Of a DNA stretch of 64,000 nucleotides, positions 24,199 through 35,812 are shown piece by piece; the first letter of the stretch is position 1, and each line of letters begins with the position of its first letter. A program made the translations under genes and the position numbers. Under the pieces are notes generated by a model that was not told where the DNA came from, ran no database searches, and worked only from the letters and a program-made list of their open reading frames with translations. Location of the stretch: contig JBHGNT010000014.1 in NCBI GenBank assembly GCA_043228905.1, forward strand, positions 6,510,001 through 6,574,000. The letters run 5' to 3'. The DNA comes from Azolla caroliniana (lineage: Eukaryota; Plantae; Polypodiophyta).

Positions 24199-27100
24199 TG
24201 TTGAGAGACAAGCTCAACATCGGCCGGATCGGCTGAAGAAGCCGAGGACCGGATCAGTTGGGATCGATCAGTTAGGACGAATGCGTAAACCGGTACGCAG
24301 ACCGATGCGTAGGTAGGGCCGGATCGGTGCATAAACCGGGAGGCCGTTAGGAAAGATATTCCGTGAGGAATATATTTGGGAGTTAGTGTAGAAGCTCTTA
24401 ATGAGCATTGAAGTACTGTCAGTACTTCTGTCAGTCCTTCTAGGACTTGTATAAAAGTGTTCATTGAACACACATATGTATAGAGTGGTGAATAGAGATT
24501 GAGTATTTTTTGTTGAATATAGTTCTTGTGTTTTCTCTCTCTCACTCTCTCAGTCTCTCCCGCGTACACCGTGTAAGCTCAAGCTCTCCATTAAACCTGA
24601 GTTTTCTTCCTTCTGTTCGGTCTTCATACTTGCTTCCGCACGCTACTCTTTACATGGTATCGGAGCGCGAGGGTTGAGAACCTCTCTGTAGCCGATACAG
24701 CTTGATGAAGAAGAACAAGAAGAACGATGGATAGAGGCATGGCGAGCTCGCTTCCAACAGAGAAGCTCGGCAGAACCAACTATGCGTCTTGGTCCTACAA
24801 GGTGCACCAGTACCTACTCGGGCACGGCTACTGGAGTTATGTCGAAGGAGCTAATGATGCGGCACCCGAATCGACACACACAAACTTCCCGTCGTGGGAC
24901 CAATCGGCGAACAGGGTATTATACTGCTTCGCGTCGTGTGTGGGTGAACAGCTACTGAGCTTTGTTCGGGATGCAAAGACGCTGAAGGGTGCGTGGGAAA
25001 ATCTGAAGAAGATTTTCGCCGCGAGCACCACAGCCAGGAAGCTTCAGCTCCAACAGGAGTTGCGCAACCTACGACAACGTGACTTGTCGGTGGCGAACTA
25101 TACCTACCTCGAAGATCAAGGATATCTACGACTCCCTCACCTCCATAGAGGTGAACATCGAGGAGAGCGAGATGGTCCAGATCTGTCTCGGAGGTTTGGC
25201 GTCGAAGTTCGGAGTGTTCCAAACGGCTGTGTGTACCCGGGAGAATACGCCGTCCTTTTTCGACTTACAGTCGATGCTCCTGGTAGAGGAGAACCACGCC
25301 GGTGCGTCGACGAGCACGCACACCGACAGCAAGATGTTGTACACGGAGGGAGAAAGGCCCCATGGTCGTGGCGGACGAGGCGAGTTGGTACGCAATGGAA
25401 GCGGCCGACGAGATCAAGGAAGAAGGCACCGAAGTGATGCCGACAGCAACTCCGGACCCTCCGGAAACAAGGGGAGTCGAAGCGATGAGAACCGGCAAGG
25501 GAAGGCCATCGCGGAGTGTTGGTACTGTGGCAAGAAAGGCCACAGGGAAAGTGAGTGTTGGAAGAAGTGCGCCGATTCGGAGAGAACCGGTTCCGTAAAC
25601 GGCTCCGGACATACCAACAAGGGAAATCGGCAGCGATCGCACTACGCCGAAGACTCTGGGAGACCCGGAGAGGGGTCTGTCTTCGTGACGAGACACGAAG
25701 CAAACTCAATGAAACTGACCACCCCGAGATCGGACGAGGAGTGGTACGTAGACTCCGGCGTGTCAAACCACATGACGAGCCATAAGGAGTGGTTCTCGTA
25801 CCTCGAAAAACCGATACAACCTGGAGTAGTCGCAACTGGAGACGACACTCCGCATTCGATCGCGAATGTCGGAGAAATTCCCCTTAGCCATGTCGGGCAG
25901 AAAGGGAAACTCATGAACGTGTTGCACGTTCTGACAATCACGAAGAACTTGGTCTCGGTCAGACAGATCGTCGACCAAGGGATGGAGGTTTGGTTTACAC
26001 ACCTCGGGTGCTTCATTGAGGAAGAAGGCCGTGTGATTGCGCAAGGGCACAGAGACGGGAGGATGTTCATCCTCGACTCCATTGACAGCGGCACCGCAAT
26101 GTTCGCGAAGGGACAAAAATCCGAGTCGGACATCGACTTGTGGCACAAGCAGATAGGCCACGTCAACTACCAGCGGCTTCAAGATCTGCAATCGAAACAG
26201 GTAGTGTTCGGATTGCCCAAATTTAGTGGTCGAAAGGCACAAATTTGTGAAGCCTGCCAGCTCGGGAAGCAACACCGACTTCCTTTCCCAAACGTGCGAA
26301 ACCGGAGCCGGAACAAGCTCGACCTTATACACTCCGATGTATGGGGGCCAGCACAAAACGTTAGTCTTGGCAGGAGCCGATATTTCGTCTCCTTCATCGA
26401 CGACCACACGCGGCACACGTGGATCTACCTCATTGAGAGGAAGAGCGAAGTCTTCGACTGTTTTCGGGACCTCAAAGGGTTCGTGGAAACGGAAACGGGA
26501 TGAAAGATCAAGTGCCTGCGGTCGGATGGCGGGAAAGAGTACTTTTCTGGTCAATTCAACGGTTATCTAGAACAAATGGGAATTCGGTACGAATTCAGTT
26601 GTAGATACCCGCCGGAGCAGAACGGCGTGGCCGAGAGGAAGAATCGGTCAGTTGTGGAAGCAGCACGGGCAATGCTGGAGGAGAAGAGCTTGCCCAAGTT
26701 CTACTGGGCCAAGGCGGTAAGGACCGCGGTATACATCCAGAACCGGATCGGAGACAAAGTGTCGGCGCACGAGCTATATTTCGGAACGAAGCCGAACTTG
26801 CGACACTTGAGGGTGTTCGGTAGTATTGCGTATGTGCATGTACCGAAGGAGAAAAGGAGGAAGCTGGACACAAAAGCCGAGAAATGCATCTTGGTCGGTT
26901 ACTCGGACGAGCAGAAGGGTTATAGGTGCTATAACCCTCGCAACAAACAAGCGCGTGTTAGCCGTGACATTGTGTTTGACGAGTCCGCGTCCTGGTACCA
27001 GCCCCCGACTCCGCACCCCGACTCCAATCCTAGCTCTGACGATGAGGTCAGCGAGGCCGAGATGCCTCCGGATGAGCCCGAAATCGAGACCCGCGAAGAG

Positions 27101-30012
27101 AGTCCGATTTCACTCCGTTTAAGTGGACCGATTGGACGACTGAGTCGGTACGACCAGTCCGATGAAGAGCCGGCGAGTAGTGGAGACTCGGTCGTGCACT
27201 CCCCGCGTAGGAAGCTGAAGAGACGACTTATGCGCAAAGAGAAAGGGAAGAAGAAGGTGTCGGATTCCGGCACGGATAGGAACGAGTCAGACCGACGCGA
27301 GTCCGACTCCGAGGGAACCGGTGACGGGACTTTAAAGGTGAAGTCTGCATTGACCGAGAAGGCCTCGACATCGGGTAATGTGAGATTACGCCGATCTACC
27401 CGCCAGAAGAATCTTGTTTTGCGGTTCGGATACAACGAGTACATGGCGCATCATTATGCGTACATGACCTGTGTAGCGGAAGTGCGTGAGCCGGGGAGCT
27501 ACGCAGAAGCGGCTAAAGACGCAAATTGGCGTGCCGCGATGGAGGAAGAGATGCACGCATTGGCGGAGAACGAGACCTAGGACCTGGTTGACGCCCCAAG
27601 AGGGGTAAAACCGATCGGGTGTAGGTGGGTGTACAAGGTCAAGTACAACACCGATGGCTCGGTCAACCAATACAAGGCTCAGTTAGTGGCAAAAGGCTAC
27701 GCACAGAAACACGGCATCGACTACGACGAGACGTTTGCGCCGGTCGCGAAAATGACGATCGTTCGTGTTTTGCTCGCAGTACTGCGGTGAAGGGGTGACA
27801 CCTACATCAAATGGATGTAAAGAATGCGTTCCTGCAAGGTGACCTTGAGGAACAGGTGTACATGGTACAGCCCCCCGGATTTCACTTTGGAACGAACTCC
27901 TCGGTAGTATGTCGACTGAAGAAGTCCCTTTACGGACTGAAGCAAGCCCCGCGTGCTTGGAACGCGAAGATCACGCAACAACTTCGTCGGATGGGCTTCG
28001 TCACGTCAAAATCGGACTCTTCCCTGTTCATCCGGAAAAGTCGACCCGGACCAGTTAGTATTTTACTATATGTTGATGACTTGGTCATCACCGGCGCCGA
28101 CATAGGTGAAATCGACCGCGTGAAGCTCCAGCTTGCGGCATTGTTCGACATGAAGGATCTGGGGGACCTTCATTACTTTCTCGAGATCGAAGTGATCCGC
28201 ACCCCCGAATGCATACTAATCAGCCAACGTCATTACGCGCTGAATATGCTCTTCAAATTCGGGATGGCCGACTGTAAGTCCGTCTCGACTCCCCTAGACA
28301 GAACCGTCAAGCTTCGTCCCGATACGGGAAAGGTATGCGACCCGACGAGGTTCCGACAAATTGTCGGAAGCCTCATATACTTGACCATCACCCGACCCGA
28401 CCTCAGTTATCCGGTCGGAGTGATCAGTCAGTTCATGGCACAACCTACCGAGGAGCACCTCCAGTGTGCGCAACGCATACTTCGGTATGTCAACGGCACT
28501 AAGGACCGGGGACTGCTATATCGGACCGGTGTAGCCGCGCAGTTAGTTGGCTACACTGATGCTGATTGGGCTGGCAATGCCGCCGATCGCCGATCCACGT
28601 CCGGATACACGTTCTCCCTCGGGAGTGCTGCGATCGCGTGGACCAGTAAGAAGCAGCCGACAGTTGCACTGTCGAGCACCGAAGCTGAGTACCGAGGAGC
28701 GGCCGTCGCGACATGCGAAGCCATATGGTTGAAGCGGCTACTTAAGGATCTGCAGGTGGAGGTGTCTGATCCAACGACGATCTACTGCGACAACCTCAGC
28801 AGCATCCAACTCGCAAAGAACCCCGTATTCCACGCACGGACCAAGCACATAGGGGTGCACTACCATTTCGTCCGTGAGCATGTCCTTTCCGGTGAAGTCG
28901 AACTTTAGTACGTTCCAATGGATCGGCAGACTGCCGACGTCTTCACCAACCCTCTTGGTCTGGACAAGTTGCGGCAATTCTCGGGTGCGCTCGGATTGCG
29001 TCACCTCGACGTGCCAAACTTGAGGGGGAGAACAGTCCCGAACAACCAAGAAAGGCAGCAGGAAAGGAGTGGAGACCGCAACACCGAGTCGGTTGACTCG
29101 GTTGTCGAGTTCGACTTCGGATCGGCTGAATAAGCCGAGGGCGGACCCGCAGAAAAGTCCGGAAGCGGACAGAAGGGGAGCAGCCGAAGGAGAGAGCCGA
29201 AGCCAACCACGCATGGGGAAGATGACGTCATCGAGCAAAAGACCGGAGACGAGTTGGAGACAGCCAACTCGGACGAGAGCGAAAACCGATCGGAGGTAGC
29301 CGAGTCGGTTCGGATGTTTGATTCAGATACGCTGAATCAACTGAGGCCCAAGCGGAAGAAAAGGAAGCAGGAGAAGCGTCAACACCCCAACAGCAAAAGA
29401 GCTGATAAGGGCCACATGAACAGACAAGCCGGCCAGAAGGGTCGAAGCGCGCGGAGTCGAACAGGTCGAGGAGCGCGAGCGAGGCGTGGAGCTAGGAGAA
29501 GACAGAGCATAGGTTCGGCAGAACAGGCGGAACCTCAAGTTGAGCTTGAGGGGGAGTGTTGAGAGACAAGCTCAACATCGGCCGAATCGGCTGAAGAAGC
29601 CGAGGACCGGATCGGTTGGGACCGATCGGTTAGGACAAATGCGTAAACCGGTATGCAGACCGGTGCGTAGGTAGGGTCGGATCGGTGCGTAAACCGGGAG
29701 GCCGTTAGGAAAGATATTCCATGAGGAATATATTTGGGAGTTAGTGTAGAAGCTCTTAATGAGCATTGAAGTACTGTCAGTACTTCTGTCAGTCCTTCTA
29801 GGACTTGTATAAAAGTGTTCATTGAACACACATATGTATAGAGTGGTGAATAGAGATTGAGTATTTTTTGTTGAATATAGTTCTTGTGTTTTCTCTCTCT
29901 CTCACTCTCTGTCTCTCCCGCGTACACCGTGTAAGCTCAAGCTCTCCATTAAACCTGAGTTTTCTTCCTTCTGTTCGGTCTTCATACTTGCTTCCGCACG
30001 CTACTCTTTACA
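24199..30012 (+). mobile_element. Element G: Ty1/copia LTR retrotransposon, near full length
   Basis: 456-bp LTRs 24199-24654 and 29557-30012 (~11 differences by eye); PBS TGGTATCGGAGC 24655-24666; PPT GAGGGGGAG before 29557. No matching TSD (ATTAT/ATCTC). Confidence 0.95.
24727..29562 (+). pseudogene. Element G gag-PR-INT-RT-RH polyprotein with C-terminal extension; frameshifts and several stops
   Basis: CWYCGKKGHRESEC, WYVDSG, HSDVWGP, YVDDL, YTDADWAG; stops at 26501, 27578, 28906 and 29131. Confidence 0.93.
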
Positions 30013-30862
30013 ATCTCAATAAAATCGTGTGTCTTTTTTATATACAATCTTCTTTCTGATATACAGTTTAATAATATCGTTTAGGGTTCTTCTTTCTAAG
30101 ATACATATTTACTCAAGTGAAGCATGTACAAGTTAAAATAGTTTGCATAATTTTAAGAAAAAGCACTATCATGAAATCAGCAATCATGAACATACTCTTA
30201 AAATTACACAATAGATAAGTTACTCAAAACAAGCAATTTAATTCTTCATTGATTAATCTGTCATCAAATTACATATTTATAACATCCCATTTGCAATGTC
30301 TTCAAATCGCCTATAAACAGCTAAGCTTTTGCTGGTCAGTGGAACTTCTCTACATATATGATCTGCATACCGAGCTCGGTATGAAGTCCACAACCATGTA
30401 GCTAGTTGGCAGCTCAATGTTTTCACCAAGTAGTGTTCAAGCATTTCATCGGGTAGAATGAGACAACATCTACGAATGTTGAAGTAATGCCGAAAATGTT
30501 CTATATCCAGAATCAACGTATTGTCGACATTATAATCTGGCCAAGTGGCCCAAAAATCAGAAAGTCTTTTGAATCTTGCAACATCCTTCTGCTCATAATT
30601 CTCTCTTACTTTGATTTGTTTATTTGGAGTGAAAAACCACGTACAGATGTTTATTTGGAGTGAACCCTAAACACCAACATATTCACACTCACAAAGTAAC
30701 TAATAGTCTCACAAAACAACATAATGAACATGAAATATTTTCCATCATAGAACAACATGAACATAATTATCTTGGAGAAACATCATAGAGTTCCATTACA
30801 TAATGTGGATCAAGCAACAACTAATCTGAGGTTTTACTTGTCCAAGTAGATCATAGTAAAAC

Positions 30863-31980
30863 CAAGGTTGTTAGGTATGTTAGATACGGATACCATACGT
30901 ATATAACATATTAATACTTGTATAGTACCTCCCAATTTAAAAATACGTTAAATACGTTTTTTAATATGTTAAATACTTATAAAATACGTACTATACATAA
31001 AATACCTATTTTACGTATAGTACGTTAAATACTTCTAGAATTTGAAAATTATTTACCTTTTTATAAAATATCTATAATATTATAAAAAACATCTATGTTT
31101 ACACAATTTTGTGATGCACAATATAGTTCTACATCCTAAAATGCATATAAGACATTCAAACATTTCACATCCGAAAATACTTGTAATCATAGTATGAACC
31201 ATACATACCATACGTGCATTCGCATTTGGGAATGTTTCAATCATTTGAGTATGGTAAACACCCTCAAAGAATGATAAATACCATACTTTTGGATTTACTA
31301 TTTATTATGTGGTTAATAAACCTAAAAAAAAACGAAGAAAAACTAAAAAAATATTTAAAAAATGGGAAAAAAACAAAAAAAAACACAAGAATGTTTGAAT
31401 AACATTTGCATTCGTTTTCCAACGTAGGAAAACGAATGGTATGCTAGAAGAACACAAAATTTACGTACTATGCTTGTAATAATATGGATGTTGACATTTA
31501 CTTATTCTATAAATTAGTGTAAGTGTGTATCATGATGTTTTACTTCAAATTGTAATTATGTACGATTATGCCTTCATAGATTGTGGAATCATCTACAATT
31601 ATCCCATTCAAGATAGGTTTCTCTCTTCTTCTTCTTCTTCTTCTATCTTCTCCGATTATCACACTCAAAGTCAGGATAGGTTTCTCTCTTCTTTTCTCTC
31701 TTCTTCTTCTTTGTTGTCGTCTCATATGTTCTTCTTTCTTCCTTCTTTTGGCTTCTTTTTCACTAAAATAAAAAATTTTCTTTTGCTTTTTGTTGGGGTT
31801 TTACTTACATTTTTTTTATAAATACGTATTATACCTATTTTTTCAAATATATGTTAAATACCATATTGGACAAATGTACATGATATTTGATTGAACAACA
31901 TTGAGGTATAGCACGTACTATACAAATCATGAGGTACTATATGTATTTAAACATTAAATATGGGTACGTAAACAACCATG
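30863..31980. mobile_element. Non-autonomous hAT-type element (1118 bp including a nested MITE)
   Basis: Perfect 8-bp TSD AGTAAAAC (30855-30862, 31981-31988); TIR CA(A/T)GGTTGTT. Confidence 0.88.
31188..31472. mobile_element. hAT-type MITE (285 bp) nested in the preceding element
   Basis: Perfect 8-bp TSD CTTGTAAT; TIR CATAGTA(T/C)G; same family as 56794-57018. Confidence 0.88.
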
Positions 31981-32577
31981 AGTAAAACTTCATAAAACCC
32001 TAGGAAAATTGCTAACAATCATATCCCACTAATAAGTACTCTCTGCAATTCAAGAGCCCCTTGACCAAGTAACTGGTCTTGTCCCCGATCGTGGTCCCTT
32101 CTTCAGCCTTTTTCTAGTCGATTGCCCATTTAGTCTTGCTTCTTTGACCCATTGCGCAAGTGTGTCCTACTTTGACAACCTTTCTATCACCTCAGCAGCA
32201 GCTTGCACGTCAGCCGCATCTTGCGCTAGCTTTTCCAGAACAATGGGATCTGTTTGGACATTATCAGTAGTTGGGCTCAGTGGGGTGGAATCAAGGTTTT
32301 GGGATTCGAAGAAATGTTGCATCGACTGTTCAAAAACACTATTGTTGTGAACCTCAGATTTACATGTTAATTTCCAATATCTCATGGCTTTTCACATCGT
32401 TGCCTAATTCAGTACCATCTTCCAAAAGAATAGGGTGGAGCTGATCTGAAAGAGATGTGATAGCAGGACTCTTACTTTCAGCCATGTTGGCAACTATATC
32501 CTCATCGGGTGCAGCGTCATCGGCACCAGAAACCTCATGCACTCTCCTTAATCCACAAGATTCTACAACAACATGAT

Positions 32578-33830
32578 CGCTAATTAGCTACATCTTAGCT
32601 AACTGGCTATTCTTCTAGACTATGACAGTGGTTAATTAGCTACCACCGAGCTAATTAGCTACTTCACTTACGTATGGTACTAGCCAATTAGCTACCACTT
32701 AGCTAATTAACTACTCTTTGTCAATATGGTAGTAACTAATTAGCTACTCTACTAAAGTATGGTAGTAGCTAATTAGCTACCAGTTAGTTAATTAGCTACT
32801 TAACTAAAGTATGGTACTAGCTAATTAGCCACTATAAGTAACGTATGGTAGTAGTTAATTAGCTACCACTTAGCTAATTAGCACCTCAGCTAAAGTTTGG
32901 TAGTAGCTAATTAGCTACCATTTAGCTAATTAGCTACTATAATAAAGTATGGTACTAGCTAATTAGCCACTATAACTAAAGTATGGTAGTAGTTAATTAG
33001 CTTCCACTTAGCTAATTAGCTACTATACTAAACTATGGTAGTAGCTAATTAGCTACCACTTAGTTAATTAGCTACTATACTAAACTATGGTAGTAGCTAA
33101 TTAGCTACCACTTAGCTAATTAGCTACTCAGCTAACGTATGGTAGTAGCTAATTAGCTACCACTTAGCTAATTAGCTAGTGTACTAAACTATAGTAGTAG
33201 CTAATTAGCTACTCAGCTGAAGTATGGTAGTAGCTAGTTAGCTACTACTTAGCTAATTAGCTAGTGTACTAAACTATGGTAGTAGTAAATTAGCTACCAC
33301 TTAGCTAAAGTATGGTAGTAGCTAATTAGCTACCACTAAGCTAATTAGCACTGAGCTAAACTATGGTAGTAGCTAATTAGTTACTCAACTAAACTGTGGT
33401 AGTAGATAATTAGCTAATGTATTCAACTATGGTAGTAGCTAATTAGCTACCACTTAGTTACTCAACTAAACTATGGTAGTTGCTAATTAGCTACCACTTA
33501 GCTAATTAGCTACTGTACTAAACTATGGTAGTAGCTAATTGGCTACCACTTAGCTAATTAGCTACTGTACTAAACTATGGTAGTAGCTAATTGGCTACCA
33601 CTTAGCTAATTAGCTACTGTACTAAACTATGGTAGTAGCTAATTGGCTACCACTTAGCTAATTAGCTACTCAGCTAAAGTATGGTAGTAGCTAATTAGCT
33701 ACCACTTAGCTAATTAACTACATGCTAGCTAATTAGCTACTACACTACAACCATACAGCTAAATAGTTTCTACACTTTATACCACTTCCTAATTAGCAAT
33801 GATGGAACTAATTAGCTACACTATGATCAC
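32578..33830. repeat. Palindromic satellite array 2 (52-bp unit, two TAGCTAATTAGCTA palindromes per unit)
   Basis: Unit TAGTAGCTAATT(A/G)GCTACCACTTAGCTAATTAGCTACTGTACTAAACTATGG repeats at 33529, 33581 and 33633. Confidence 0.95.
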
Positions 33831-34648
33831 AAGCAACAATTTTACCTGTTAGTTATAATTAACTAATTAAATGTGAGTAAGCAATTACTTAGTTAATTAC
33901 TAAATATAACCCAACACCCCAAGTTATTATTAGTAAAAGGAAATAGTTTCACATTAGTTGTATTTTACTTTTCTTATTAGGTTTATTTCGGTTTTTGTAT
34001 TTCAAAAGCTTACCTCATTTTTTTCCTTCCACTTCCTCTGCTATATAAAGAGGAAGCTAGGGAACCTGTTTGGTGTGCTCTGCATCCTTGCATCCTTTAG
34101 CCATCTCTCTCAGTTGTATTACCAGCTTGTTTTTCGTTAATTGAATTTCTGATTTGCATTCCAAGTTGTTCCATCTGTCATGAACACATGACCATTATGG
34201 CGTCACCCGGACTTGAACCTCGAACCTTGTAATTCATACTTGAAAACCTCAACCATTAAGATAGCTTATTGTTATATGAAATAATAAAAGCTACTTCTTG
34301 TATTACATTGATTATTGTAAAAACTCTAGATTATTCTAGAATGTTCTAGAATGTCCTAGAGCATTCTAGGTCTAGAACATTCTAGAACATTCTAGAAATC
34401 TCTAAGCTATTCTATAGGAACCTATAAATAAGCGCATACATGTATTCTCAAATCAATTCGAATCAACACTAGTCTTTAGCTCTCATTACATATCTTGTAT
34501 CCATTCTCTTTCTTTCTCTATCTTATACATCCATTCTTCTCTATCCTTCTTCCATCACTCTATCTTTTATCCTTGGTTCTGACAGTTTGATTCGAATTCT
34601 CTCTCTCTCTCTCTCTCTCTTATCCTCCTTTGTAACCATCCTAAAACC

Positions 34649-35812
34649 ATGGCTGCCATTAACTCAGAAGAATATCTCACCCTTGTTGCAGAAATGGAGA
34701 ACCTTAAATCCAAGTTCGCATCTCTTGAAGTAGAGAATCAACGTCTACTTGGGGATCTACAAAAGGTTACTATAGAGAAGCAAAAACAACAAGAGGAGTT
34801 CACGCGACGAGTGCAACAGTTAGAGTCGACAATCCTCGTGTTACAACAACAAAGGGTTGAAGGTCAGGGACTTATCAAGGAGCCCAAAATTAGCCTCCCA
34901 GCTAAATTTGATGGGTCGAGGGCGCATTTCTGAGGTTTTTTGAATCAAGTACGGTTGGTGATTCAAATGCATCCCGCACGTTATCCAACAGATGCATCAC
35001 GAGTCGGGCTAGTGGGCACTTTATTGATTGGCATAGCGTTGTCGTGGTTTGCTCCATTGCTAGAGACCAATTCTCCTCTATTGAATAATTTCGAGGAATT
35101 TATCAAGGAATTTAAGGCTTGTTTCGGAGATACTGATGGGGCGAGAACAGCTATCAACAAGATTCGTACACTTCGTCAAGGTGATCAACCAGCTTCAACA
35201 TATGCTGCCAATTTCCGTCTCATCGCAAGCGATATTCCTTGGGATGAACAAGCCCTAATGGAGCAATTCCGTTCAGGCCTTCGTAGTGATGTCAAAGACT
35301 TACTTCTTACCTTCCCCGAGGATCCAAGGTCACTTACAGAAGCTATTAGTCGAGCAATACGGTGTGATAATCGCCTCTTTGAGCGTCGATGTGAGCGACA
35401 ACAACAAATAACAAGATCTAGATTCACACCAACTTATGCATCAGTAACAGCGCAATCATCCCCAAGGCAAATGTATAGCCATGCTCCAACTCCAAGGCAA
35501 ACACGTAGTCCAGTCCCAATGGATAGTCTTACACCCATGGAGATCGATATGACTCAAAGACGAGGACCGTTGTCAGACGAAGAGAAGCAACGTCGTCGAG
35601 CAAACCATCTGTGCTTATATTGTGGAGGTCTAGGACATATAGCCATTCATTGCTCCCGTAGGCCGAGACGTCAGGTAAATCAAATTCACTATGACAATAA
35701 AAATGAGTCCAACATTTTAGAAGTAGTTAGTGAATCTAATATTATGAATAATCCACCCTTGTCCAATAAATTTGAAGTCCTAAGCCAATTAGAAGAGGAG
35801 TCAAACGAATAA
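34649..35812 (+). pseudogene. Element F gag (coiled coil, EPKISLPAKFDG, CLYCGGLGHIAIHC); one premature stop
   Basis: ORFs 34649-34933 and 34940-35812 are in the same frame, separated by one TGA. Confidence 0.92.

Larger units (their letters stand above)
30277..32545 (-). pseudogene. 3' exon remnants of a second gene inside the Sola2-like element (FCP1/NIF-phosphatase-like motif in the last segment)
   Basis: ORF fragments 32360-32542, 32167-32385 and 30277-~30610 (FKRLSDFWATWPDYNVDNTLILD...FN...LILP), interrupted by a MITE. Confidence 0.45.

Noticed and set aside
25126-27670. Long antisense ORFs over element G (e.g. 25763-26554, 25137-25835)
   Set aside because: Shadow frames of a GC-rich polyprotein with no recognisable motifs.
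32578-33830. CRISPR-like array of palindromic repeats with short spacers
   Set aside because: Spacers are themselves repeated rather than unique, there are no cas genes, and the context is eukaryotic; it is a tandem satellite.
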